A stretch of 64,000 nt of DNA, from assembly GCA_030141605.1 (NCBI GenBank), contig JAQGDQ010000008.1, forward strand, positions 744,001 to 808,000, given 5' to 3'. The first letter of the stretch is position 1. The number at the start of each line of letters is the position of its first letter. The stretch comes from Tubiluchus corallicola (Eukaryota > Animalia > Priapulida). Below the pieces are notes generated by a model, which saw nothing but the letters and a program-made list of their open reading frames with translations, did no database searches and was not told the DNA's origin. Of this stretch, positions 23,501 to 32,900 are shown in pieces. A program made the position numbers and the translations under genes.

Positions 23501-24048
23501 TATAAATTGCACAAGACAAAATCAGTGCTAAAAGTGATGATAGTTGGAATTCTGAATTCACTTCATAGTAATAAGGTTTGCTGACTCTGAAATGTTGGGC
23601 TTATTGTTGTGACGTCATGAATTTTATAATGTTTATTCTCATTTAGTTTGTGTTACTGAAAAATAAAATTTATTTAAAGAACCAAAATTTATCTTTCTTT
23701 CTGAAAATGAACATTCTTACAGTTCTTAATGAATTATTTCAATCATGTAATAGAGTGCATCAATCTCAGTGCTACTAGCAGTTTTCTCAAGTACATCAGC
23801 ATTAAGGCACCTCAGTTGATTAATAAATAGCAGCGCTTTGACCTCTTGGCCATGCTATAGTGTAAAATGTTTAAATGTTTATTGGATAAAAGAAAGTGTT
23901 AACCAGAGTTTCTTGGCAAATTAATTAAGCTAAAATTTTTTAAATAGTATTTTTTACCAGTTTTTCTTTGTAGTTGTTCAAGAGGGCTCGAAGTCTGGGC
24001 TATGGAGACCAGGACATGGCTGCAGTGTACAAAGCAACGTTTTTGTGA
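40..24048 (+). CDS. GLYR1: GLYR1/N-PAC/NP60-like oxidoreductase, 5'-partial spliced CDS: join(40..138,1325..1444,2198..2386,15779..15889,16434..16535,17294..17456,20022..20201,20748..20887,23974..24048)
   Basis: All introns are GT-AG and exon phases chain (0,0,0,0,0,1,1,0). Translation gives the Rossmann motif [15 protein letters not shown], then [64 protein letters not shown] and DMAAVYKA. A long low-complexity linker precedes the domain, as in N-PAC/NDF; the PWWP exons would lie upstream of the window. Confidence 0.9.
1325..1444 (+). CDS. GLYR1: GLYR1 linker exon (VKRDDD...KHRVE)
   Basis: ttaaag|GTA ... GAG|gtcggt, 120 nt, open, phase 0/0; splice sites weaker. Confidence 0.6.
2198..2386 (+). 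CDS. GLYR1: GLYR1 exon, start of the NAD(P)-binding domain
   Basis: tttagcag NAGNAG acceptor (2198 or 2201); GFLGQGIMG...[10 protein letters not shown]; AAG|gtaagc. Confidence 0.9.
3492..3970. mobile_element. hAT (Charlie-like) MITE
   Basis: TIR CAGTGGTTCTCAA / TTGAGAACCACTG; 8-bp TSD atgtaatt/atgtaact. Confidence 0.85.
4579..7563 (-). CDS. Type I membrane LRR + Ig protein (signal peptide, LRRNT, ~12-13 LRRs, LRRCT, Ig, TM, coiled-coil tail); resembles invertebrate CG16974/IGLR-2-type proteins
   Basis: 994-aa uninterrupted ORF: hydrophobic leader, [14 protein letters not shown], repeated LxxLDLSxNxL, [58 protein letters not shown]. An acceptor tttttcag at 7585 (- strand) implies an upstream non-coding exon. 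Family assignment is from memory. Confidence 0.9.
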   Translation of the reverse strand: MTFEVCTNMMTLVAMLLLLMVLTTVVKGSSFQQKMSCPQMCICKEDVLRCEKANHFPHVPNSSQYRIVNIADSYLPELHSTSLRNFINVEELSIVNCKIQKIEKFSFQPLMKLKYLDLSDNNLSSVRFVFNVAILHVNLSRNQISTFPHGLWYNGEVLDLSHNRITDMQYKKFNKTSTLKYLNVRNNLISRLDGDVMKDLWWLETLDLSQNQINHLNNFIFEQQLHLVKLNLSRNKISRIDTDAFTGLRYLKYLDLTQNGLSWLDNLVFKPLLSLQDLFLADNMLQLSSSLFSHLSHLNKLVLRRMWALEKVTSITLKGLTNLKQLELAENRQLTEIDHNAFQWLTSVRSIDISKNDHLHTLPDITFLNNLSELKLSGTSWKCSCDIKWIYQWGTQAGHTVTDQNVTRCSQPTTNAGRLLMKSLQEIYCDYIQIDDFNEINRAKVGSAALLKCVASGYPRPDLVWATPLHDELHLNSSASDDDKISGEANSVKINVTASVTSNLDDQLEKIDENVLIGDPERVKVLSNGNLYISYVLRKDGGHYTCAAYNRVGNTTALMRLALNYEILMDLKRESTLIGFCTSFAFFIFALVVTYSRKKAAENCTCGQDRLTKRQQAKRLIENMETYKQQQMERLRDHYSQQLARVRDNYRLQMERIRESYANQLDRFRHFKSGVPSVNSDTPETVSEIDDISETEPSTPATTLERIRENYNIQVNRVKDYASGQLERLRDSYNMQMQRLRDYSSTQMEKIYKQYKIQQKTLGKIVESLNIDNCKTLQGNKTGSILFDSEVTIDSFLFDNIATVPIPDIASDVIPESPEETVSDSPHYHYYSDDDDTCSSEYHTVKDINSRCSLENISEAGSQYNKVLFPSTCSLHRQSELHDNEVNFDFESDQSGNKYKARSFPNIYKTSNDEDQSSALLGEPMTSFAGSKTVESVQKISCSNLSTCDKKRSEHKTEGFMLENSPAKQQTSLSEAKCSADSIQLRETASESNV
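10135..10990. repeat. Local tandem duplication, ~390-480 bp units with a partial third copy
   Basis: taaagatgatcat.tctgcctggcaactgaacg at ~10136 and ~10523; tagggtaatggttat three times; tgagttatgagtaaccatct twice. Confidence 0.9.
11388..11585 (+). repeat. Dispersed repeat with (CT)n, also at ~1920-2000
   Basis: gttttattactc..gcaagagg...gaagattt..attaa..cctgtccc(ct)n at both loci. Confidence 0.65.
14590..14770. repeat. ~90-bp tandem duplication
   Basis: tacatttct..tt.gttt...taactg.aatac.ttcgaccta...tagtaag.tga.ct twice. Confidence 0.75.
15779..15889 (+). CDS. GLYR1: GLYR1 exon (CQPAVDAGA...AIRE)
   Basis: ttacag|TGT ... GAG|gtaaga; [18 protein letters not shown]. Confidence 0.9.
16020..16165 (+). 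mobile_element. Helentron/DINE-like non-autonomous fragment
   Basis: aaggaagttatg..(gtttgtct)n..caaaaact..gatttccaagaaactttg layout; a similar relic lies near 1600-1660. Confidence 0.4.
16434..16535 (+). CDS. GLYR1: GLYR1 exon (VVSGPNG...DISD)
   Basis: caccag|GTG ... GAC|gtaaaa; [15 protein letters not shown] resembles GKxYVDMSTVD. Confidence 0.85.
17294..17456 (+). CDS. GLYR1: GLYR1 exon ([12 protein letters not shown]...SIYLG)
   Basis: ttttag|GCA ... TTGG|gtaatg; [26 protein letters not shown]. Confidence 0.9.
18464..18870. mobile_element. Fold-back element with a Harbinger-like core (18530..18804) and internal ~60-bp tandem repeats
   Basis: taa-tggcacattcaggctagag / ctctagtctgaacgtgcca-tta; ~60 bp of flanks are also inverted. 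Confidence 0.65.
20022..20201 (+). CDS. GLYR1: GLYR1 exon containing the catalytic-site motif ([13 protein letters not shown])
   Basis: ttacag|GC GAT ... AAA T|gtaggt; [11 protein letters not shown]. Confidence 0.9.
20748..20887 (+). CDS. GLYR1: GLYR1 exon (IVEG...[14 protein letters not shown]...ATNE)
   Basis: ttgcag|CT ATT ... GAG|gtaatc. Confidence 0.9.
20941..22492. mobile_element. hAT non-autonomous element (CAGrGCC termini) interrupted by a second hAT
   Basis: cagagccggact ... aatcaggccctg; TSD ttctattt/ttgtattt; cttagggcaccaa repeated near both ends. Confidence 0.7.
21309..22328 (+). mobile_element. hAT (Charlie/SPIN-like) deletion derivative
   Basis: TIR caggcgtgtgcaaa / tttgcacacccttg, perfect TSD gcataaat, subterminal gcggcc motifs, relic transposase start [17 protein letters not shown] at 21984. 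Confidence 0.85.
23974..24048 (+). CDS. GLYR1: GLYR1 terminal coding exon ([24 protein letters not shown])
   Basis: ttgtag|TTG ... TGA; matches the family C-terminus; AATAAA candidates near 25144, 25219 and 25551. Confidence 0.9.
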   Translation: MFKRARSLGYGDQDMAAVYKATFL

Positions 24049-26161
24049 TCAGTTACTATCATTTGTTGTATTTTTTCTCATGTTTACCTAGCAATCATGC
24101 TTTGGATTTGATTCATAGACACTGCCAATCACTTAAAGCACTTAAAGATCTGCTAAGTTCAGAGAATTAAACAAGTTTCATCTAGATCACAAATATGCAT
24201 TCATGATATGGAATATGACGAGGTTTATTGGAAGCAGAGAGTAAAGCTTGCTGGTTGTCTGTAAACACTCTCCCAGGATTAAATTGCTAGTGTAATCACT
24301 GTAGTTAACATTTCTGATAATATAGACCATGTAGATTTCATGCATGTTAGTGCTATGTAAAATGTTTAGTTAGAATAGTAAAGTTTCATCATATGAATCT
24401 GTCTATGATTTACAGCAAACTAAACATTTCGTTACATGTGTATATCATTGTATCTCGATTGTAAAATCTTTGATGTTTGTATAATAATGTGTAGTGATTT
24501 TTACTCTTTATTGTAACTTGCTGTTTTAGCCAGTTTTTAGCCAAATAACTCGGTTGTATGTTTGAAGTTATTGTAACTCCTCCGAAATACCTGTATTTTG
24601 TAAAATCATTTTAGTTGACCAACACCTGTGCACAATAATTATGAGTAGTCGACTTCAGCATGCCGTGGAAGAAAATATGTGAAGTTTGTGAAGTGTGAGA
24701 ATTTAAAATTCTGATTCAGAGTTTTTGTAACTGGTTTTAATACTGTATTAGAATTGCTTACCAGGGTATTATTCATTGCAAAACATCTTCTGTTACAGTA
24801 AACTGCATTTCCTGTTAACATTTGACGCTTATTGTATAACTGTATTAATGTAACAATGTCACTGGAAAGTCTGCTTGCACTTTTAAATTTTTTTACATCA
24901 GTTCAACACGTGAAGTTCTGTTTCCTCTGTAAAATGTGATCAGTGAGAAAGTTTATTAACGTTTGCAAAGATTTGTTGTTGATGCTGATAATTTTTGACA
25001 TATTCACTGTCAGTACACATTGAAATATTTCAGTTCAAACTACATTAAGCCATAGTATAATAATTCATATGTTATAATAATAACAAATACAAGTTGGATT
25101 ATAATACTTCAACGCTAACTATGCTCGAGATAGCTTTAAACATAATAAAGTTAAGGTGCAAAATTTTTCGTGCTTCTCACACAGTTTTTTAAGAATACAA
25201 TCAAAGTTTTACGTAATTAATAAAACTACTCGCAGATTTTCTAGTGACCTTGTATGTAGTATAGAAATTATAACACTTATTTGTGAAGATTTTTAAATGG
25301 CTGCTGCATTTGGCTTTTCTTTGCTGCAGTTTTGTCTAGTATCAGTATCATAGTATCGGTGACGCTTTATCTTTACTATCCCATCACTTTTAAAATCTTT
25401 CTTCATTTTGAAAGCCTTAAAAATCAATGCGACTAATTGCTTACACGTTTTTTTTCATTGTTTCACATTCAGTGATCCTGGTGTTATTATTGTTTTACCC
25501 CATTTGACAAAAATATATATTATTTGGCTCCACACTATAAAGTATTTTTTAATAAACTACAATGGTCTTAAATGTAGGTGACTGTTGTTTTTTGGTTTGC
25601 CTTAGGTGAGTGTAATGACTTATTAGTCACGGTGTGTACTTGGCTGCAATAGTTAAACAATCTCAGTTCTAGTTAGTAAATGTGGGTGACTCCAGAAAAA
25701 CAGTTTTGGAAGTTTTCATCTGTCATATTGTTCCGTCTATTTTCCTCTTTGAGGGAATTCGTTATTTTTATGTACCGTACACGTCCGAATGTAACTATGG
25801 CTCCTTTGTTGGTTAGGTGCCTGTACTCTCTGAGGATATCATCCTTTGCCATTGAGTGCTGGCTTCCGACTTACAGTATGCCAGATCACGTGAAGATATA
25901 ATTTCTGTTGTAGGGTTTGGACTTTTTAAGAATGTTTCAGCTACTTTTCAACAGGTTTATTGAAACAAAAGAAATTGCTACATATTGTTCATTTGGATAC
26001 TCAGTGACATATTAGCAGAAATATTAATTTCAAACAAGTTCCTTTAGAAGGCTTTGCTACCGGTCCCTTTTTATTCTATGCAGTAGGCGTGAATGCATTC
26101 CATTTCTGCCTCATTTGGTCACATTGAGTCACTTTGACTTCTCAGAATATCACCTCCTCAG

Positions 26162-26439
26162 TAGGGGTGAATTATCATAATCGAAACGAATTTGGGAATT
26201 TCGCACTCGAATCAAACCGAATTTCAGTATTTTCGAAATCATTTAAAGATTTTTGGAAGCAGTGATAAAAACGGTCCAACAAAGACCATGCATATTACTT
26301 GATTTTGCATGCTGATTGCGAGATGTTTCAAGTATTTTAATTATAAAGTATGTGTGTAGTTGGAGTGCTGAATTATTCGAATACGTAATTTAGGTTCGAA
26401 TCGAATTCGAACTAAAAAAAACTCGTTTGCTCACCCTTA
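26162..26439. mobile_element. hAT (Ac-like) MITE
   Basis: taggggtga / tcaccctta termini, TSD ctcctcag/cttctcag, subterminal ttcgaa-type repeats. Confidence 0.75.
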
Positions 26440-26949
26440 CTTCTCAGTGATAACTACATCTCCCATTAATGTCTCAGGCATCAATGGCTGTAAGTTGTCT
26501 TACACAACACTTGTAAACTAATCAGTGTTTTGCTTCTCCTCGCTGCTAGTAATTCAGACCAGAGATGATATCATAATTTTTATGACACATTGTAAAGTTC
26601 ACCAGTGCCTTCACAGAGTTTATGTTAGACATAGAATATTTCCAGAGAGCTTTTGAAATACTTCTAGCATTTTGGTTGATTTTGATAACTTTTAGTTCTT
26701 CGCCACCTTTTCACCAGTCAGTTTAATATCATATCACAGATAAATTATTTATCATAATAACTTTGCTACATTGCATCATGTTGTCGTTTTATGCACTGTG
26801 TTTTTCTTACTGTAAATAAGGATACTTACGTGCAATTCCTTGCTGGAAGAAGCTATAAAACTTCAAATGATCGACAGCTTCAAACGTATATTAGACAAAA
26901 CTTATTATTAGTTTTTAAGGACTAGAAATCGCCTTTGAGGTATGATTGT

Positions 26950-27648
26950 AAGAATGGAGGTAGACCACGCTTTTGCAAACTATTTATTTACAAGAAAACT
27001 GTGAATCCTCTTCTATAGCATTTATGTGTTTATAATGTTTTGATATATACGGCCAATCCCACAATGTGCTCAGGTCTCCATGACAATAAGAACTTGTGGG
27101 AAGCGCGATTGCTATAAGTGGCGTTGCAGATGCGCTGTTATTGCCTTCAAGTAACAACTGATGCAGAGTGATGCATGGTATCATGAGACCGGGACCTTGC
27201 AAAATACTGCGGAGTGATACAATCCAGGATATCAGGAGCGATCTGTCATGGCAGTATTATAATTTTGTATTGTTTGATTGTCATACTTTTTTAGATTTTT
27301 CGAGTCGTGCTGGTCATGTAACTTCTTCAACAATGTAGAATGAACGAAAGATTTGTCCACATTGTGTGGAATGAATTGGTTTTGCTTCGTTTTGAGGTTC
27401 TGCAAACAAAATTAAAAATAGGCCATACGTCGTCGCTGAAATAATGATGTTGAAATCCATTTCAACTCTAATGTCGCGATGTTTATGCTGTTCATTTTGT
27501 ACTTTGTATCAGTGTTGAACTTAAAAAGTGTAGTTGGATGTGAGCATCCAACAAGTGCTGTTCCTGACGTAAGTCTGAGCAGCGCAAAGACCAACTTTGA
27601 ACTGGGACTTTTGCGTCGTTCTTGCTGCTTGCATTGTTTCCTGTCAAA
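26950..27648 (+). promoter_or_regulatory. Probable AFF promoter / 5' UTR region
   Basis: Locally CpG-richer, CCAAT near 27053, directly upstream of the putative ATG. Confidence 0.4.
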
Positions 27649-27668
27649 ATGAGTTCTAGCATTGGAAG
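27649..27668 (+). CDS. AFF4: AFF putative first coding exon (MSSSIG)
   Basis: caaaATG context; AG|gtttgt donor in phase 2, matching the next exon; no homology support. Confidence 0.5.
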
Positions 27669-29918
27669 GTTTGTTTGTTTTGAAAGTTTGATCATGATGT
27701 GTAAATTGCGTTATTTACCTTAATTATTCATCATTATTTAAAGCAGGATGTGGGAAAATGTCTTGGGTTCTAGTTAAATGGTATTTGCAAACCATAATTA
27801 AATTAACTGCTGGCTTTTTGTTAAGTAGGCTAGTTTAGTCGTGTAAAAATGTAATGACATATTTCGTTTACTTGGCTTGTGATTGGTAACTTGGTTAGTG
27901 GTAAGTTTAGCCTGAGAGTGTTAGACAGGTGGAATAATCTCCCAAGTCATGTAGTTTGCACAAACTCGATAGATACATTTAAGAGGTACCTTGACAACAC
28001 ATGGCAGAATTATTGCTACAGTGCTGAAGCAGTCGCACCAAGATTTTAGTTTATGTTTACAGAATTAAAAGAACAGTCAACAGGCAGTATTGCCCAATGG
28101 GTGGCTGTATGGATATGGTATGGCGTGGTAACTCCAGTTTCTATAACATGCATTATCAAAAAAATAAAAGAAAAATTAACAGTTGCTGTAATGTTTCCAT
28201 CTGGTACCCGAGTACTACCTGCTTTGTTTAGTACCTGAGGCTGATAATTCTACCCAGTTTCGACAATAAAAATCCAGACATTATTTGTAATACGGTATCC
28301 TTTGTTAGAGAAATTTAAATGGCACCTTCTTGTTTGCACTTCTACAGTAGATACCTACTAGCAGACTAGTCAGCATTATGCCAGTCCAACAGCCAGCAGG
28401 GAGGTAGCAGTTCAAACAATCTTTGTCGTAGTGTGGCTTACAGAAAACAAACTATGACTTCTTTAGGAAGCGGTTAATTATTCAAACGGAATTGTTTATT
28501 AACATTTAAAAACCTATTTCAGGCCACTAACAAAGATATGAGTAAATGTATAACTAAGTTTAGCAGCACACAAAAAGGAGATTGTTTTATTCCTGTAATC
28601 CAAGCCCAAAATTTTGTTATATTTTAAATTAATCTAAGCAGATTCCTGCCATGACCTTTTGAGAGAATCGAGGTCTAAATTTCGTAGTTCAAGTACGATG
28701 AGTTGTAATTATTGAAACAGCGAAGATTGAATTTCAATTAAAGTGGTTTATTATAAGAAGTAATCACTATCAGTACTGACATCTTTTTCAGAATGGGACT
28801 TAACATTTCCTGATTCAGTTTCTGATTCCCCTTCAGAGAAACTGTTTTTCCTGCACACTTTGATAATGCCATGTTTGAAAAGTTCTTTGCATAAAACACG
28901 AAAAATTTTCCCAATAACTTGACAAATCAGCCGTTTCCAAACTTTATACTCTCTACCTTAGGTATGCGTTTTTGTTGGCTTGGCAAAGAACATAGGAGCC
29001 TATGATTTTTACTTGCAACTTTGAATGAAAATTATAGTGTGCCAAAGACACTTGGAAAGTAACTAAGTAAACTCGCAAGCGCAATATGGCAGCCTAAGGC
29101 AAAGAGCAAAAATGTCAGATTAGTGCCAGCATTTCTTTATGTTTTTTAAATTCAGGTGTAGCCTGCTTGAACCTAACTAGATCGACGGTAATCGACAAAG
29201 GCGAGAATGGTTTCCGGGATTTGTCAAAATTCTGGCCCTGTCATCGCTACGCTGTATTAATAGTGCTCAGCGCAGTGCTTAGATTGATGTAGCAGACTCA
29301 CACTAAAGTGTCCAATTAAGTTATTAAGATGTTTGACAAATAAAAACTTAATCACTTGCCTTATGTGACAAAACACTAACTGCCATCACTCACACCTTTG
29401 TGTGTTCAATGTTCATGCTCCCAGAGTGTAATAACTGAATGCTTGTTGTTAACATAACAATGCAGTTATTTGAAATGCACCAGTCATTGTTTTTATTTGT
29501 GACCATAAATGATTTTAATTTTGTTACTGCCACTGCATCTTAACAATCGGGTACCCGATGGATACAAGTAAGAGGGTACTCAAGTCTGATGTTGTTGCCC
29601 ACGTAAACACTAGTTTATAGTACTCCTAATGCTTTAAACGAAATTTTTTGGTATTGAAAGTGCAGCCCGTAGTGCTTAATGCAAAGTCAGCTAATGCTTT
29701 AAATGAATTTTTTTGTTATTGAAAGTGCAGCACATAGTGCTTAATGCAAAGTCAGCTAAGTGGCACTTTTTGGCAGTAGGCATACAGCAATTATTTCATT
29801 GCTTCTGCTGATACCACAGTGCTTGAATGCTTCCATCTCTTCTTGGGCGACTGCTACTGTAACTACACCCAATAATCTATTTATAATATGAACTGTGGAC
29901 TCTGCTTACATATACTGG

Positions 29919-29978
<60 letters not shown>

Positions 29979-32900
29979 AATGTGCTATAACCATTTTGCA
30001 TTACATCACAGTGATTACCTAAAGTTGTTACAATATGACAAACATAATTTTTTCTAGTTTGGGTACGCAAAAGCTGCGTGAGTTGGAAAGAATTGCTAGG
30101 CATCGTCAACGGCCTGTCGTGAAGGAAGAAGAACAGGTGTCTAATCCAAACAGGCCTATCTTTGGAGATCCTGTCAAGGTAATATTGCATTTCAATCATT
30201 AAACGTAAAGACTGAGCAATACTTCAAGTCATAATGTATAAGAAACATATCGTAACAGAAACAGAATAACAAATTTTAGTAGATGAGTTGGTGTGCGTAC
30301 TTGTGTGTGACTTTATATAATTGCCTTGCTGCTGGTGTTGTTGGCAAGGCACGTAAGGGCTGATGAAAACTGAGCAATGATTAGTAGATAATGCTGAATA
30401 CTTCAATAATGATTATTATAAATAAATGAACAAAATAAATTATGTTTATATTTAAATAATAAATGAATTATATTTATTATTCAGTACATGTTGTTACCTA
30501 ATTTCTTGTCATTGCAAAAGTGATTTGTATAGGTAAAATTCAAGTTAAAAATTTTCACTCTTTATTGAAATGCATTTCAATTTCAGAGAGATGATAGTGG
30601 CGACCATGTGGTGCAAAGTATCCTTGGTGATTATGATATGTTTGCAAAGATGATGCAGTACAGTAATCAGGACCCTCAGTCACTGGTCGGTATTGTGTCC
30701 AGTAAGCTTCCTCAAACTCCTGTCTCTGCAGCGCCACCTCGTGTAGGAGAACTGTTTCCGATTGGTGCTAAAGGAGATACTACTTCAACAATGCCTGCCA
30801 AGCCACATCCGGTGTCTCCCACTGTAAAGCATCATGTTGCCGGCAGCTCTAAGTCATCGTCTTCACATCAAGGACATGGTCACTCAGTTAACAGTAACAG
30901 GCATAAGACGCACTACGGTTCTTCGAGCAAAAGGCCATCACATGTATCAGAAAGCCAAAAGCATAAACACGAAACCGTGCACAGGGAGTCATCACACAAA
31001 ATATTGGAATCCCACATCAAAAGCGGACATCATCGGCAACCCGAAACAAAGTCCTGTGATCATAGGCAACATGGACATTGTCCATCACATGGAAGTGATG
31101 TACCTACCACATCACAACAACGTGACATCTCCACGGTCATGCAGCATACTGCAACAGTAACCGTAAATGGAATATTAATAGACAAATCAGGCAAAAAGCC
31201 AACCAAATTAGATTTGCAACCTGTAAGTTTATATAATATTTTGTGTAAATATTATCTTTTATATTATGTTTATTTATAGCAGACATTTTATGAATTGTTG
31301 AACTGCCATTGTTTAATTGTAAGTATCGGCAGAGCTGCTTGCTTTGCTTTGAAGTTTCTTTGTATTGCAGTAAGAACTTCTCGTGAAAGTTCCCAATTGC
31401 GCTAATGTAAAAATTAGTACTGCCGGTTTGTTGCAATCTACAAATGTTTCCATACATGTGAAAGCATTTTGTTTTAATTTCTGTCATTGTCAAAATGAAA
31501 AACCAAGCCTACAGATTTGAACTACTAAGCGGAGAGCAGCAAAATTATTAATCCCTATCAGGTTTGAAGCTCAGGAGATCAACAAGTTGTTTTCTAGTTT
31601 AAAACTACACTGAATGCAACTGTTTTGTTTTAGGAACCTGAACTTTTGCAAGGAGAATCTAATACTGTTGAAGTTCTTGGCATTCTTGAGGTACTTACTA
31701 TAAATAATTGTTTATTTACTTCACATGTGTTTTTTACTTAGTGTTGTTAATGTCTATTTAAATTGTGCGTGTTTGTGTGTGCAAGTACATGTGCATAGGC
31801 TTTGGGTTTGTGGGTGTGTTTTTGTGTGCTTGCTCTAGTAACATAAAGTTTTGAGACTACATTGACATCTCGGGAAAGAAAATTGTCTACTTAAAATGGC
31901 TGATACGCGATTATAAGATGCCAGCAAGATTTCTGAAGCTTAGTGAAGTGCCTGCTCTGTCTGAGAAAGATAGGTAGCACAGTAGCATTTCCTAACTATA
32001 GAAGTGACCTATGGAATTTTGAGCAGCTTTGGGAAAATTTCTGGTAGCTTTTGTTAATAAACTTTTTCACAGTTCTAGCGATTGATGATGATCGTGAAAA
32101 GGTCAAAGGTTAAGTGTACCAGACAACGCATTTGCGTACACTCGACAATGCCTCGCAGCCCATGCTATTGTAAGAGCAACAGTTTTAACACGTAGCTAGA
32201 ACATTACTTAGTTCATTTTTTCTAGTTACTGAGCAAGATCCTGCTAGTAAATCACTCTACGCACAGAGTAATGCATAATTAAGTAAAGTCCACGTAAAAC
32301 AGCTGAAGTTACTGAACTTGTGCCCAAGATTCTTTTGCTTTACACATACATCACGTGACGGTTGTAGTTAAGACGTGTTGCTGTGGTACACTTAACCTTT
32401 GACCTACACCAACTGTGGGTGTGCACAACAAAACTATGAAAAGGCTTATTTAGAGCTGCTTTTGAAAATTGTCAGGCCTGAGTTTTCTTCATGTTCATTG
32501 CAAAGTGGTATACAGAACACTTTAAAACAAGATAAGGCTGATAAGAGCATTGAGGCTATTTGTACTCTGCCAGCATGTTCTAGATTTAGTTCCATAGTAG
32601 GATTAGTTTGTTAACTTGAACCAGCTGGTGGTGTTTGAACTATAAGCAGTCAGCTTTGCATTTGGCGAATAATATTGGTATTGTCATTTAATGGTGTTCA
32701 GTGCTGAAAATTGGCACCAATTTAAACAATGATAAATCACTTTAAGCTTCCTTGATGTATAACCGTTCGAAATTTAAAGGATTTCTTTATATATATATTT
32801 AGAAAGAGTGCTACTTTAGTACCTTTTATAAACTCATTATATACATAAACTCAAAAGTCTTTTTACGTTTATTGGTCGTGTTAGTTATTTTTTTAATTAT

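Noticed and set aside
26824-26836. ATACTTAC resembling the U1 snRNA 5' end
   Set aside because: Downstream sequence does not match U1; it is the reverse complement of a donor-like motif.
28792-28961. AG..GT-bounded segment as an AFF coding exon
   Set aside because: In-frame stop in the phase needed to join 30058; at most a UTR or poison exon.
30355-30380. CTGATGA..GAAA as a hammerhead ribozyme core (also near 48614)
   Set aside because: Required flanking stems are not present.
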